Of a stretch of 64,000 nucleotides of DNA, positions 27,501-37,205 are shown piece by piece; positions within the stretch are counted from its first letter, which is position 1, and every line of letters starts with the position of its first letter. This stretch comes from a virus: the IMG/VR virus record IMGVR_UViG_3300020474_000005, positions 1 to 64,000 of that record; one strand, 5' to 3'. The notes beneath the pieces are model-generated. The model did not search any database, was not told the DNA's origin, and worked only from the letters and a program-made list of their open reading frames with translations. The position numbers and the translations under genes are program-made.

Positions 27501-29749
27501 GACAGTACGCGATAGTTGATACTTTTAACGAAGTGACAAAAGTTGCAACAGTTAAAAAAGAATTTGATAATACACCAGGTTGGCAACATTTACTAGGTGG
27601 CTTCCCGATTGCGGCTGTATTAGATCCATCTACAAAATATTTCATCGAGCCTAGAGCCAGTTTTGCAGAACCAAGTTATACTAGCACAACTCCAAATTTA
27701 GCGATAGCAGGTGATTATCAAGTTGGTTGTCATGGAAGAATAGGTTCTTCTAACATCACAGTATTATTAGGTTCTGGCAGAGGTTCTAGAACATCAGACG
27801 GTACAAACTTTACTACTTGTAGTGGTGTATCCACAACTACTTGGAATGATATCGAAGCAAATCAAAATAAATTTATAGCAGTTTCGTCAAGCGGTGTAGT
27901 AAACACATCTAACGATGGTGCTACATGGAGTGACATAAGTGGTTCAGTTGGTTCAGACACATTCACAGGTGTTGCGGCGATTGGAACAACTTGGATAATT
28001 GTATCAGACACAGGTATTATATATCGTTCAACAGATAACGGTTCAAGTTGGACAAACTCACAAGTAGAACCATATGATGGTTCAACTCCGATATTTAAAT
28101 ATGTTGCGGCAGGTAACGGATTGTTTATAACTTCTAACCAATACGGACAAACTTGGGAATCAGTTGATGATGGTGTTACATGGCAATTGGCGGCAATAGT
28201 TGGTGGACAAGGTGTAGGTGGTTACAAATATCTTGCAAAAGATTTAGTTTTCAAAAATGGAAAATTCTTAATGCCTGTACAAGATTCACCATTAGATGAT
28301 TCAACGTCATTGAATAAAATTTTTGTAACAAACGCTAACGTGGCACAAAGTTCTACAAGTGCAGTTACAACTTGGACTGAATCAGATACTTTACCACACA
28401 GTGGACCTTACAAAGTTACAGGTATGCAAGGAACTTTTGTGGCAATCACTGCAAATGGTGAGGTAGCATACAGTTACGATGGTATGTGTTGGAAACAATT
28501 AACAGGAACACTTTCAGGAACATATGACAAAATTGTTGAAGGAAGAAATTCAGGTGGTTACTTTATTCCACTAAAAACAACTGCAATGAGTTCAGCAACT
28601 GTAATGAAAAAAGGTGCTCCACCATTAGCAAGAGTTATTACAAACGCAGGAAAACTTTCAAAAGTACAAATTTTTGATCCAGGAAGTGGTTATTCGGCGG
28701 CGCCTAACATAACAATTACTGATAATAGAAATACTATAGATGCACAACTGCAATGTAGAATTGCAAATGGTGTACTAGGGCAACCTACATTTACAAACAG
28801 AGGTACAGGATTTATAAATGTAAGTGCAACAATTACTGGTGATGGTTTAGCAGATGAATATCAAGTTGGAAAAGTTGTACAAATAAAAGATTTATCACGT
28901 GAACCTGGTCCAGGAGACTTGTTATACGTGACTGGAATCGCAGATCAAATATATAGAGTTACACAAATTACAAACGTAAGTGGAAGTGCACCAAACTTAT
29001 CAGCAACGTTTAGAATATCACCAAGTTTTAAAGAAAATGAATCTCCGGATCATGAAACAACGTTAACTATCAGACAACAATATTCACAAATTAGATTAAC
29101 TGGACACGACTTCCTAGATATAGGTACTGGTGGAACAAGCACAACAAACTATCCAGACTTATACACTAACCTAGGATTTACTACTGGTTATGAAGCACAA
29201 CAAAATAAAGAAGTTAAAATGAGTGGTGGTGGAAGAGTATTCTACACTTCAACTGACCAAGATGGTAACTTTAGAACAGGTGAATTGTTTGAAGTAGAAC
29301 AGTCAACAGGTATTGTAACACTAAACGCAGACTTATTCAACCTATCAGGATTAAGTGAATTAAGTTTAGGTGGTGTTGTATTAGGTGGTACAGAAGTTGT
29401 AATTAGAGAATTTAGTACAGACGAAACTATGTCTGCCAACTCTAATGAAAAAGTTCCAACGCAGAAAGCAGTTGTTTCTTACATTGGAAACAGAGTATCT
29501 GGCGGTGGTGCTAACTTGAACGTTTCTGGATTTAGAGCAGGTCAAGTTAAAGTAAGAAATGCCGAAATATTTAACGAAGCATTTCCAACTAATGGAACTA
29601 TTACGTTCCCACAAACCACTGAATTAGCAGGTGGAATTGACGGTTACTTGATGGCATTAAACTATTTTACAGGTGGTGTTGCAAGTACAGAATTAAATGA
29701 AGGAGATCCGATTAGTGCAACAGACCCATCTAACGGATATGGACAATAA
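24584..29749 (+). CDS. Giant tail-fibre/baseplate protein A: N-terminal CBM5/12-like repeats, beta-helix, Asp-box propeller
   Basis: Repeats W....Y...D.V.YGG..Y.C...H.S; Asp boxes SNDGATW, STDNGSSW, SVDDGVTW; C-terminal RLTGHDFLDIGTG and STDQDGNFR shared with 29785. Confidence 0.8.
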   Translation: MADFRIDRIRFKWRGDWTAGTLYVKDDVLRFGAKVYVCTEVHTSDSNFYNDLNATIPRWTQMMDGQSWTGAWQPSTFYKIGELVKVGGLIYKCITGHTSNSSASNGVLGDETKWVYFARGEDWASVWQPATLYNVDQTVIYGGSIWKCNTAHTSATADDGLQYNAAYWDQYSRSDNWRGDWTHNTLYYPDDVIYHGGMVYRCLSGHRSSTTNEFISPTIKTSNVSGTSFTFAIFKVTTTYYCRIITAGSGYTALGTITIDGANIGGVTGTNDAVITLNTVDGSGAVTAVSVDGTPNSNTDGLEANQAQWETVMDGIRYQGDWGFGKRYSKGDLVRWSPGMWRTTTGHWSTTGTMDESKFTLWLPGLEFEQLWTTSQYYQQGDIVLYGGYTYLALKSNIGVTPLVTDSSATWQLQIVGYTFKGDWVGQTIVNNQLTPYEYKTGDVVTAGGHLYIAVRTHSNTDPNTDTTYDPGTDTPFPWQKLVDAHAWKGPWKTQDIGGKTGESTYFPGDVVSVAGTIYRCILTHEANSSDAKPPLDFASENVGPYWVLLAQGHAPNVLEYPGDVKTVQSDSTRLRIGLGTAGQLLKVNTNGLPYWEDFEVVQKVFYVAPEGNDTINNGDKLSAPFKTIKYACDYIQQDLNNRAPATVFVKTGIYEEILPITVPRDVAIVGDELRSTTIKPASGYETGYDMFRVNNGTGIRNLSLMGLTGSLGAMNSYGTKRPTGGAFVTLNPGTGPTDASAWITSKSCYVQNVSTFGTGCIGMKVDGDLHNGGNKSIVANDFTQVIDQGIGYWANGEGKSELVSVFTYYCHIGYLATNGGKVRATNGNNSYGDFGSVAEGVTPTETAITAKINNRTKEATVDAVYNDENEIFAFAYAHAGQDYTSGTITISGSGAGAAGTLGYANTRDGGVNRIRLMGPGDSTPAGGAGYTSISGPAISGDKTSIKLNAQFQGTSAQTIGQRIYIREGTGRGQYAIVDTFNEVTKVATVKKEFDNTPGWQHLLGGFPIAAVLDPSTKYFIEPRASFAEPSYTSTTPNLAIAGDYQVGCHGRIGSSNITVLLGSGRGSRTSDGTNFTTCSGVSTTTWNDIEANQNKFIAVSSSGVVNTSNDGATWSDISGSVGSDTFTGVAAIGTTWIIVSDTGIIYRSTDNGSSWTNSQVEPYDGSTPIFKYVAAGNGLFITSNQYGQTWESVDDGVTWQLAAIVGGQGVGGYKYLAKDLVFKNGKFLMPVQDSPLDDSTSLNKIFVTNANVAQSSTSAVTTWTESDTLPHSGPYKVTGMQGTFVAITANGEVAYSYDGMCWKQLTGTLSGTYDKIVEGRNSGGYFIPLKTTAMSSATVMKKGAPPLARVITNAGKLSKVQIFDPGSGYSAAPNITITDNRNTIDAQLQCRIANGVLGQPTFTNRGTGFINVSATITGDGLADEYQVGKVVQIKDLSREPGPGDLLYVTGIADQIYRVTQITNVSGSAPNLSATFRISPSFKENESPDHETTLTIRQQYSQIRLTGHDFLDIGTGGTSTTNYPDLYTNLGFTTGYEAQQNKEVKMSGGGRVFYTSTDQDGNFRTGELFEVEQSTGIVTLNADLFNLSGLSELSLGGVVLGGTEVVIREFSTDETMSANSNEKVPTQKAVVSYIGNRVSGGGANLNVSGFRAGQVKVRNAEIFNEAFPTNGTITFPQTTELAGGIDGYLMALNYFTGGVASTELNEGDPISATDPSNGYGQ

Positions 29750-29784
29750 TGATAAATAACTTTAATAAGAGGAAATTTTAACCC

Positions 29785-32700
29785 ATGGCAGAGTTTAAAC
29801 TAGGTAGAATACGTTTTGTATGGAAAGGTGCTTGGTACACGAGCACTATATACAGTGTAGATGACGTTGTAAGATACGGTGGTAGAACATATATCTGTGT
29901 TGTCAACCACACGGCTAACGCATCATTTCAAGTTGATTTAACAGCGGCAAATTGGGCGTTGATGTCCGATGGTCAAGAATGGAAAGGCGATTGGAGTCTT
30001 AACACAACTTACAAACCAAACGATATTGTAAAATACGGTGGTTACATTTACATTGCTAACACAGGACACACATCTAGTTCAAGTGCATCAGACGGATTAG
30101 AAGTTGATTCTTCTAAATGGGATTTATTCATTGAAGGTTTTGATTACAAATCATCTTGGGCAATCAACACAAGATACAAAGTTAACGATTTAGTAAAATA
30201 CGGCGGAGTAGTTTATCTTTGTATAACAGAACACACTTCAGCGGCAACAACCGCAGATGGTTTAGAAACTGATCAAGCGAAATGGGAAGCATTTTCAAAA
30301 GGATTCAATTGGTTAAACACTTGGGCAACTAGCACAAGATACAAATCAAAAGACACAGTTTCATATGGTGGACAGATTTATGTTTGTATAACAGGTCACA
30401 CATCAAACGCATCGGCGGCATCAGGATTAGAAGCCGACCAAGCGAAATGGGAATACCTACACAAAGGTATAGAGTACAAAGGTGCTTTCGCAGGTACAAC
30501 AAGATACAAAGCAAACGATGTTGTTAAAGGTGGAGCAAACTTATACATCTGTACAACAGGTTACACATCAACAACAGATATAAATGCAGATGCATCTAAC
30601 TGGTCATTATTTGTTCCAGGTTTAGAATTTGAAGATTCATGGAGTTCAGCAACAAAATATCAACCAGGTGACACAGTTACTTACGGTGGTTACCAATATG
30701 TTGCAAAAACTTTAAACGAAAATAAAGTTCCGTCAACGCAAACAAGTGACTGGGCATTATTTGTAACAGGATTTAATTTAAGAGGCGACTACAACAACGG
30801 AACAGCATACAAAACTGGTGACGTTGTAAGAGTTGGTGGTTTCACTTACATAAACATTGCAGACTCAACAGGTAATAGACCACCTAACGTTGTATACTGG
30901 AACAAACTTAATGAAGGTATGTACTGGAAAGGCAACTGGGCCAATGCAACTTATTACGACAAAGGTGATATTGTAAGAGGAACATTAAACACAGATACAT
31001 CTTATATTTGTGTTGGTTCGCACACATCGAACAATCAAGCACCAAGCACAATCAATCAACCAGATTATCCAGCAGGAGCAGGTGTAGACACATCTAACTG
31101 GCAATTATTATCAGGCGGTCCTGAAAATGATGTATTATCTGCACAAGGTGATATTTTAATTTACGGTGCATCTGGTCCACAAAGATTACCAATTGGCACA
31201 TCGGGACAAGCATTAGTTGTTAATGCGGCAGGTACTTTACCAGAATGGGGCAACGTAGGTAAAATTGATCAAGTTTATTATGTAAGTCCAAATGGAACGG
31301 ACAAACCAGCACCAACATCAGGTGTAACTTTAGATAGAGCATGGAAAACAATTAGATATGCACTTCATGAAATAGATAAAGGTCCTAGAAACCCACAAGC
31401 GGCTTATATGCTTACAAGAAACAAAGCATACATCCAAGATGAAACTATTGCTTGGATCAATGCACAGATTGCCGGTAACGTTCCACCATTTACAACTTCG
31501 TTCACATACGGCGCAGTAAAATGTAGAAGAGACATTGGTATAATCATTGACGCAACAATCTATGACTTAACACACGGTGGAAACATTAAATCAAGATTTG
31601 CGGCATTAAATTACTTTACACCAGCAGGTGCTTCTTATGTAACAGGACAAACGTCTGAAACAGCGGCGTCTATTGTTCAGGCAAGTGCTATTGCTAAATT
31701 AGTTGTTGCAAACGGAACACACAGTAACTTACAAGGTTCAACACCTAAGTATGCAAATGCGGCTTACACAGCAGAAGAAGGTACAACTACACTAATTGAA
31801 ACATTGATGAAATATTCATCAGATGCAATCACGGCAGGTAACGTAACAAGTGTACCAGTAGCAAACAATCCAAACATTACTTTAAATGTTAAAACAGGAA
31901 TTTACAACGAAATTCTTCCAATGAGAGTTTCAAGAAACACAGCAGTTGTTGGAGATGAATTAAGATCAACAAACATCAGACCAGCGGCTTCAGTTGTTAA
32001 CTCTTCAGATGTACAATACAGTCTACAAGGTATACAACGTATGGAAGCAATTATAAGCGATGTTGTACAAAACAACTCAGTAACAAAAACACCATCAGGT
32101 GGTGTTGTGTCAGTTACTATGCCAGGTGGTTACATAGGTGTAACTCAAGGTACAGGAACAGCAGTTTCTTCAACTGGTGGTGATGGTACAGGTGCAACAT
32201 TTAATATCACAACTAACGCATTTGGTTTCGTAACTAATTTAACAGTGGCGGCTCCAGGACAAAGTTATATAATTGGAAACAATATTACAATACCAGCAAG
32301 TACAGTTATCGTTGGAACAAGTGGTAACACAACACTTGGTGTTGCAGTTACTTTCCCAGTTACAGCAGTAACTTCAGGAAACACACTAACACAGAACACA
32401 GATGCTCCGGCAGGTAACGCGACTGTTGGTACTAGAGCGGCTACAATCGCTGATCAAATTGAGAAGTACATTGACTTCAAAATCAACGCAAACGGTTCGG
32501 AACCAGCACTTCAAGGTAGCAATATTGCTGAATTTACAGCGGCTTACACAGATGCAAGATTAAGACTTTTAGCAAACAAAGAATTTATTGCCAAAGAGGC
32601 GGCTGAATATGTGAAAAGACAAAACCCAGGCGTAAGTTTTGTTGTTGCAGATTGTGAAGATGACATCAAAGATTACGTAGACGGAATTATTCACGACTTA

Positions 32701-35460
32701 CAATACACTGGTAACCAAAGATCATTACAAGGTGCAGAATGGTATGTGAACGCAGTACAAGGTTCAACTACTAAAAATATGTTCCATATGAGAAATGCAA
32801 CTGGTTTAAGAAACTGTACACTACAAGGTTTAACAGGAACACTAGGATCAGCAAACAGTTATGGTACAAAACGTCCATCAGCAGGTGCTTTTGTTTCACT
32901 AGATCCAGGATACGGTCCACAAGATTACAAAACATGGATTGCTACTCCGGCGGCAGGTACATTATCATACACACCAACTAATGGTACATATGATCCTGCA
33001 ACAGGAACAACAGTATTAACAATTGGTGCTCACAACATGGAAGCAGGTGAGTCTGTTAGAATTACAACAGCAAGTTTAAGTTTCCAATGTTCACAGGACA
33101 ACTACAACACAACTCATGCTTATCCAAGAACAACTGACCCAGCGGCAGGTAAAGAATTATTAATCGAAGCAGTCACTGACACAACAATTCAAGTTAATGT
33201 TGGTGCAAGTGGCGGCGGAGACCAATACATTCACAGATGGGTAAGTGCATCAGCAAACTCAGTACAACAAGAAGTTGTATGTAGAGTAGGTGGTAGATCA
33301 CCTTACGTACAAAACGTAACAAACTTTGGTACAGCGGCAATTGGATTAAAAATTGATGGTAACTTACACGAAGGTGGTAACGATTCAATCGTTGCTAATG
33401 ACTTCACACAGGTAATTTCCGATGGTATAGGTGCTTGGGTAACTAACTTAGGTAGAGCAGAACTTGTTTCTGTATTCTCATACTACGGACACATAGGTTA
33501 CCTTGCAGAGAACGGTGGAAAAATTAGAGCAACAAACGGTAACTCATCATATGGTGACTTTGGTTGTGTGTCAGAAGGTGTTGACTCAACAGAAGTTCCA
33601 ATTACAGCAACAGTTGACAACAGATCAACAGATGCACTTGCAGATGTATTCACAGACGGAAGTGCGATACAGGCGCTATTCTACAAAAACGCAGGTAGAG
33701 AATATGTTGCTAACCAAGTAACTTTAACTTTCTCAGGTGATGGTTACGGATTGAACACACCAGCGGCAACAGTTAATACAGGTGGTATATACGAAATTAG
33801 AGTAACTGATCCAGCAGGTAACAACTTGGGTGGTGACGGTTACATTACAACAACTAACTCAGCACAAACAGGAACAACAACACAGATCACTTTAGCGGCG
33901 GCAGACAGCAGAGCCTCAAGTGCTTATGTTGGTATGTTCTTATTAATTACAGAAGGTAAAGGTGCAGGTCAATATGGTTACATTGACACTTACAGTTCAG
34001 CAAGTAAAATTGCAACAATTAAAAAACTTTCAGACAACAGTGCAGGTTTTGATGTACTAGGTGGCGTAAGTGTTGAAGCAAGTTTAGATTCTACAACAAC
34101 TTATGAAATTACTCCAAGAGTACAGATAGGTGCACCGGCAGGAGATGGTTCAACTGCAACAAGAAACGCAGTTGGTATAGCAACAGTTGTAACAAATAAA
34201 ATTACACAAATTAGAATGATCGATTGTGGTGCTTCTTACACAACTGCACCAACAATAACACTTGTTGATCCTAACAACACAGCGGACGCAACATTACAAT
34301 CTTACATTGGTGATGGTGTGTTAGGTCCACCAACATTTGTTGCAAGAGGTATTGATTACAAAACAGCGGCAGTAACTATAACTGCACAAGGTACACAGGC
34401 AACTGTGACAGGTATCACACAGGCTGGACCTGCAGTGGTAACAACACAGGCGGCTCACAACTTTAGCACAGGTGATAGAGTTAAATTCACTGGTATAGTT
34501 GGAATGATAGAATTGAATACTGCTGTGTTCTATTATGTAAAAACTATAAACGCAACTACATTTTATCTTTTTGCTGATAATGACTTTTTAGTTCCAATAG
34601 ATTCAACAAATTACACTGCATACTCAAGTGGTGGTACAGCAGAATTGTTTGGTGGATTTAGAGATTCACATCAATCAGGCAAATACATACAAGTAGAAAA
34701 TTTAAGTGCTTTACCAAGAGCAGGAGCAAACATCGAGTTTGGTCACAGACCAGGCATTTACTACAAACTAGTTGCTATCACTAGTCAACTTGGAACACAA
34801 ACACCTTACAGTGCATTGTTACAAGTTTCACCAAACGTGACGGCGCAGTATGCACCTGACCATGGAACAAGTTTATCTATAAGAATTAGATATTCACAAA
34901 ACAGATTAACAGGACACGATTTCTTAGATATTGGTACTGGTAACTTCACTTCAACGAATTATCCAGGCTCACCAAATCAGAATCCAATACCGGCTAACGA
35001 AACTGTTGAAGGCGGCGGAGGTAGAGTATTCTTTACTTCAACTGACCAAGACGGTAACTTCAGAGTTGGTGACTTGTTCAACGTAGAACAGGCAACAGGT
35101 ATTGCGTCATTGAATGCAGATGCATTCAACATTTCAGGACTACAAGAATTACAGTTGGGAGATCTAGCATTAGGAGGATCTAGTGCTTCAATTAACGAGT
35201 TTTCAACTGATGGAACGATGGCGGCTAACTCAGACGCTATTGTACCAACACAAAGAGCAATACGAACTTATATCGCTTCACAGATCGGTGGTGGTGCTAG
35301 TTCGCTCAATGTTAACTTAATTACTGCTGGATTAGTGGTAATTACGGGTAATACAATAAGTACAAGTAACAACAGTAAAATTACTATTAGCAGTGTTGCA
35401 AACTTCACAAAAGGTGTAACTGGTGTGCCAATAGCGATGAATATGTTGATACATAGTTAA
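29785..35460 (+). CDS. Giant tail-fibre/baseplate protein B with CBM-like repeats and two phycobiliprotein-like helical domains
   Basis: Paralogue of 24584 (MAEFKLGRIRF vs MADFRIDRIRF). Extra inserts: KCRRDIG...Y.L..GGN, DCEDDIK, and an E1-FCCH-like segment ITQAGPAVVT...HNFSTGD. Confidence 0.8.
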   Translation: MAEFKLGRIRFVWKGAWYTSTIYSVDDVVRYGGRTYICVVNHTANASFQVDLTAANWALMSDGQEWKGDWSLNTTYKPNDIVKYGGYIYIANTGHTSSSSASDGLEVDSSKWDLFIEGFDYKSSWAINTRYKVNDLVKYGGVVYLCITEHTSAATTADGLETDQAKWEAFSKGFNWLNTWATSTRYKSKDTVSYGGQIYVCITGHTSNASAASGLEADQAKWEYLHKGIEYKGAFAGTTRYKANDVVKGGANLYICTTGYTSTTDINADASNWSLFVPGLEFEDSWSSATKYQPGDTVTYGGYQYVAKTLNENKVPSTQTSDWALFVTGFNLRGDYNNGTAYKTGDVVRVGGFTYINIADSTGNRPPNVVYWNKLNEGMYWKGNWANATYYDKGDIVRGTLNTDTSYICVGSHTSNNQAPSTINQPDYPAGAGVDTSNWQLLSGGPENDVLSAQGDILIYGASGPQRLPIGTSGQALVVNAAGTLPEWGNVGKIDQVYYVSPNGTDKPAPTSGVTLDRAWKTIRYALHEIDKGPRNPQAAYMLTRNKAYIQDETIAWINAQIAGNVPPFTTSFTYGAVKCRRDIGIIIDATIYDLTHGGNIKSRFAALNYFTPAGASYVTGQTSETAASIVQASAIAKLVVANGTHSNLQGSTPKYANAAYTAEEGTTTLIETLMKYSSDAITAGNVTSVPVANNPNITLNVKTGIYNEILPMRVSRNTAVVGDELRSTNIRPAASVVNSSDVQYSLQGIQRMEAIISDVVQNNSVTKTPSGGVVSVTMPGGYIGVTQGTGTAVSSTGGDGTGATFNITTNAFGFVTNLTVAAPGQSYIIGNNITIPASTVIVGTSGNTTLGVAVTFPVTAVTSGNTLTQNTDAPAGNATVGTRAATIADQIEKYIDFKINANGSEPALQGSNIAEFTAAYTDARLRLLANKEFIAKEAAEYVKRQNPGVSFVVADCEDDIKDYVDGIIHDLQYTGNQRSLQGAEWYVNAVQGSTTKNMFHMRNATGLRNCTLQGLTGTLGSANSYGTKRPSAGAFVSLDPGYGPQDYKTWIATPAAGTLSYTPTNGTYDPATGTTVLTIGAHNMEAGESVRITTASLSFQCSQDNYNTTHAYPRTTDPAAGKELLIEAVTDTTIQVNVGASGGGDQYIHRWVSASANSVQQEVVCRVGGRSPYVQNVTNFGTAAIGLKIDGNLHEGGNDSIVANDFTQVISDGIGAWVTNLGRAELVSVFSYYGHIGYLAENGGKIRATNGNSSYGDFGCVSEGVDSTEVPITATVDNRSTDALADVFTDGSAIQALFYKNAGREYVANQVTLTFSGDGYGLNTPAATVNTGGIYEIRVTDPAGNNLGGDGYITTTNSAQTGTTTQITLAAADSRASSAYVGMFLLITEGKGAGQYGYIDTYSSASKIATIKKLSDNSAGFDVLGGVSVEASLDSTTTYEITPRVQIGAPAGDGSTATRNAVGIATVVTNKITQIRMIDCGASYTTAPTITLVDPNNTADATLQSYIGDGVLGPPTFVARGIDYKTAAVTITAQGTQATVTGITQAGPAVVTTQAAHNFSTGDRVKFTGIVGMIELNTAVFYYVKTINATTFYLFADNDFLVPIDSTNYTAYSSGGTAELFGGFRDSHQSGKYIQVENLSALPRAGANIEFGHRPGIYYKLVAITSQLGTQTPYSALLQVSPNVTAQYAPDHGTSLSIRIRYSQNRLTGHDFLDIGTGNFTSTNYPGSPNQNPIPANETVEGGGGRVFFTSTDQDGNFRVGDLFNVEQATGIASLNADAFNISGLQELQLGDLALGGSSASINEFSTDGTMAANSDAIVPTQRAIRTYIASQIGGGASSLNVNLITAGLVVITGNTISTSNNSKITISSVANFTKGVTGVPIAMNMLIHS

Positions 35461-35484
35461 TAATAAAAAGAAGGAGAAAAGGAC

Positions 35485-35805
35485 ATGGCATCAGGAAGAA
35501 TAGGAAAAGCAAATCTTACTGCCGCTACCAATACCACTGTGTATACGACACCTGCTTCAACTTTCACGGTTGCATCAGTATCGTTTTGTAACAGAGGTAA
35601 TCAAGCCATTAGTGTCAGATTAGCGGTGGCGGATAGTGCAACTCCAGATAACGCAGAATTTGTTGAATTTGAAACAGAAATTCTGTCTCATGGGGTGTTA
35701 GAAAGAACAGGTTTGGTACTGAGTGCAACACAGAAATTGGTTGCATACTCTAGTGCGGCTAACGTAAGTGTGGTAGTTACTGGTATAGAAACAAGTACTG
35801 CTTAA
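35485..35805 (+). CDS. Small beta-sandwich virion adaptor
   Basis: TVYTTPA...SVSFCNR...LERTGLVL...VVTGIE. Confidence 0.65.
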   Translation: MASGRIGKANLTAATNTTVYTTPASTFTVASVSFCNRGNQAISVRLAVADSATPDNAEFVEFETEILSHGVLERTGLVLSATQKLVAYSSAANVSVVVTGIETSTA

Positions 35806-35852
35806 TTTTGTGTAGAATAACATAAATAGTATAAACGAAGGAAACAAAAAAA

Positions 35853-36185
35853 ATGGGAAGATACATATCAACAACTGGAACTGCTGGAGTATCCACTAAA
35901 ATAGTGAGTACAACACACCAAGCGGCGGTAAATGAGAGAATCTTAGCAAACAGTTCTTCAGGAACGTTTACAATAACGTTACCTACGAACACTAGTTTAT
36001 TGACAAATGATACAATTCAAATCATCGACGCAAACTCTAGTTTCGGAACTAACGCGGTAACTGTTGCAAGAAATTCATCTTTAATTCAAGGAGCGGCAGA
36101 CGATTTGACTCTTGACTTAAATGGTGCAATAGTAACTTTAATTTACACAGGTTCGACTTATGGTTGGATCGTAGGTGCTGTATAA
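35853..36185 (+). CDS. Tail-fibre connector domain (T4 gp34 proximal-fibre-like repeat unit)
   Basis: SSSGTFTITLP...D.IQIID..SSFGTN.VTVARN...I.G..DDLTLD...TLIY....GW. Confidence 0.65.
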   Translation: MGRYISTTGTAGVSTKIVSTTHQAAVNERILANSSSGTFTITLPTNTSLLTNDTIQIIDANSSFGTNAVTVARNSSLIQGAADDLTLDLNGAIVTLIYTGSTYGWIVGAV

Positions 36186-36233
36186 TATTTTTTATTATAC
36201 TACACTTATAAAACTAATTGGGAATCGGAGACT

Positions 36234-37196
36234 ATGGCAAGTTTAAAATCATTACTCGGTACAAAGCAAGATGCATTCGTATCGGTTGCGGAATCTAACC
36301 TAGAAAAAGGTCAGATTTTTACATACCATAACGGTGCAAACTACTCTAGAATATGGTGCGGATTTTGTTTCCATCCAAGCGTATCTGGAACAGCAGTAGT
36401 AGAGGCGTGGGGAGCAGGTGGCTCTGGCGCTGAGATGTGTTGTTGCGGTTTTGGTCTTCCAGGTAACTCAGGTGCCTATGTTAAGAAAACAGTTGTGATG
36501 TCAGTCGGCGACTACATTTGTGGTTGTACTGGTATATCTTGCGGAAATTCATCAGATTTATGTTTTAGAGGTTGTTCAGAACCTACCATGTTAAGATTTT
36601 GCATAGGTGGCGCAGAGACTTGCGTGTGTGCAGAAGGTGGTAGAGGTGGAATAACTTATTGTTCAACTAATAACAGTTTTTATTGTTGCTACAGAGCAAA
36701 TGGTTTCTGTGTAACAAAAACAGACAATAACCAATGTGGAATTATTTGTAACCAATGTAACGGTGCATGGGTAGCCTGTGCATACGGTGGTGAAACAAAT
36801 AAACCAGGATTAAATTCTTGTGTATCAGCATTTGGTTGTTATCCATCATGTATTTGTATGTTTAATCACCACATTCCAACTCCAGCGGGACAAGGTTCCA
36901 AAGAGGGAAGGATGATTGTATATACAAATGACAACAGTAACGATTTTGCACAATGGTCAGGTCAAGGTCATCACCAACACAGAGCAAATTTAGGATCAGG
37001 TAGATTTCCAACAGGCGGTATACCTTGGTCATCTTGTTGGGGTTTCAGTGGTGCTTGTGGTTGTTATGAAAACGACGGTTGTGTTCCAGTGCTTCCAGTA
37101 GGAACTGGTGGTAGAGGACCTAACCCTTGTCCAGGTGTTAGAGATCACGCAATCAGAGGTGGCTTTGGAGCAGTAAGGATTAGATTTATTAGTTAA
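36234..37196 (+). CDS. Cys/Gly-rich fibre-tip-like protein 1
   Basis: About 30 Cys in 320 aa (hand count); EAWGAGGSG.EMCCCG...VRDH..RGGFGAVRIRF. Confidence 0.7.
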   Translation: MASLKSLLGTKQDAFVSVAESNLEKGQIFTYHNGANYSRIWCGFCFHPSVSGTAVVEAWGAGGSGAEMCCCGFGLPGNSGAYVKKTVVMSVGDYICGCTGISCGNSSDLCFRGCSEPTMLRFCIGGAETCVCAEGGRGGITYCSTNNSFYCCYRANGFCVTKTDNNQCGIICNQCNGAWVACAYGGETNKPGLNSCVSAFGCYPSCICMFNHHIPTPAGQGSKEGRMIVYTNDNSNDFAQWSGQGHHQHRANLGSGRFPTGGIPWSSCWGFSGACGCYENDGCVPVLPVGTGGRGPNPCPGVRDHAIRGGFGAVRIRFIS

Positions 37197-37205
37197 GGAT
37201 TTATT

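Noticed and set aside
24600-31100. CRISPR-like or DNA tandem repeats
   Set aside because: The periodicity is at the protein level with degenerate DNA; there is no identical repeat-spacer structure.
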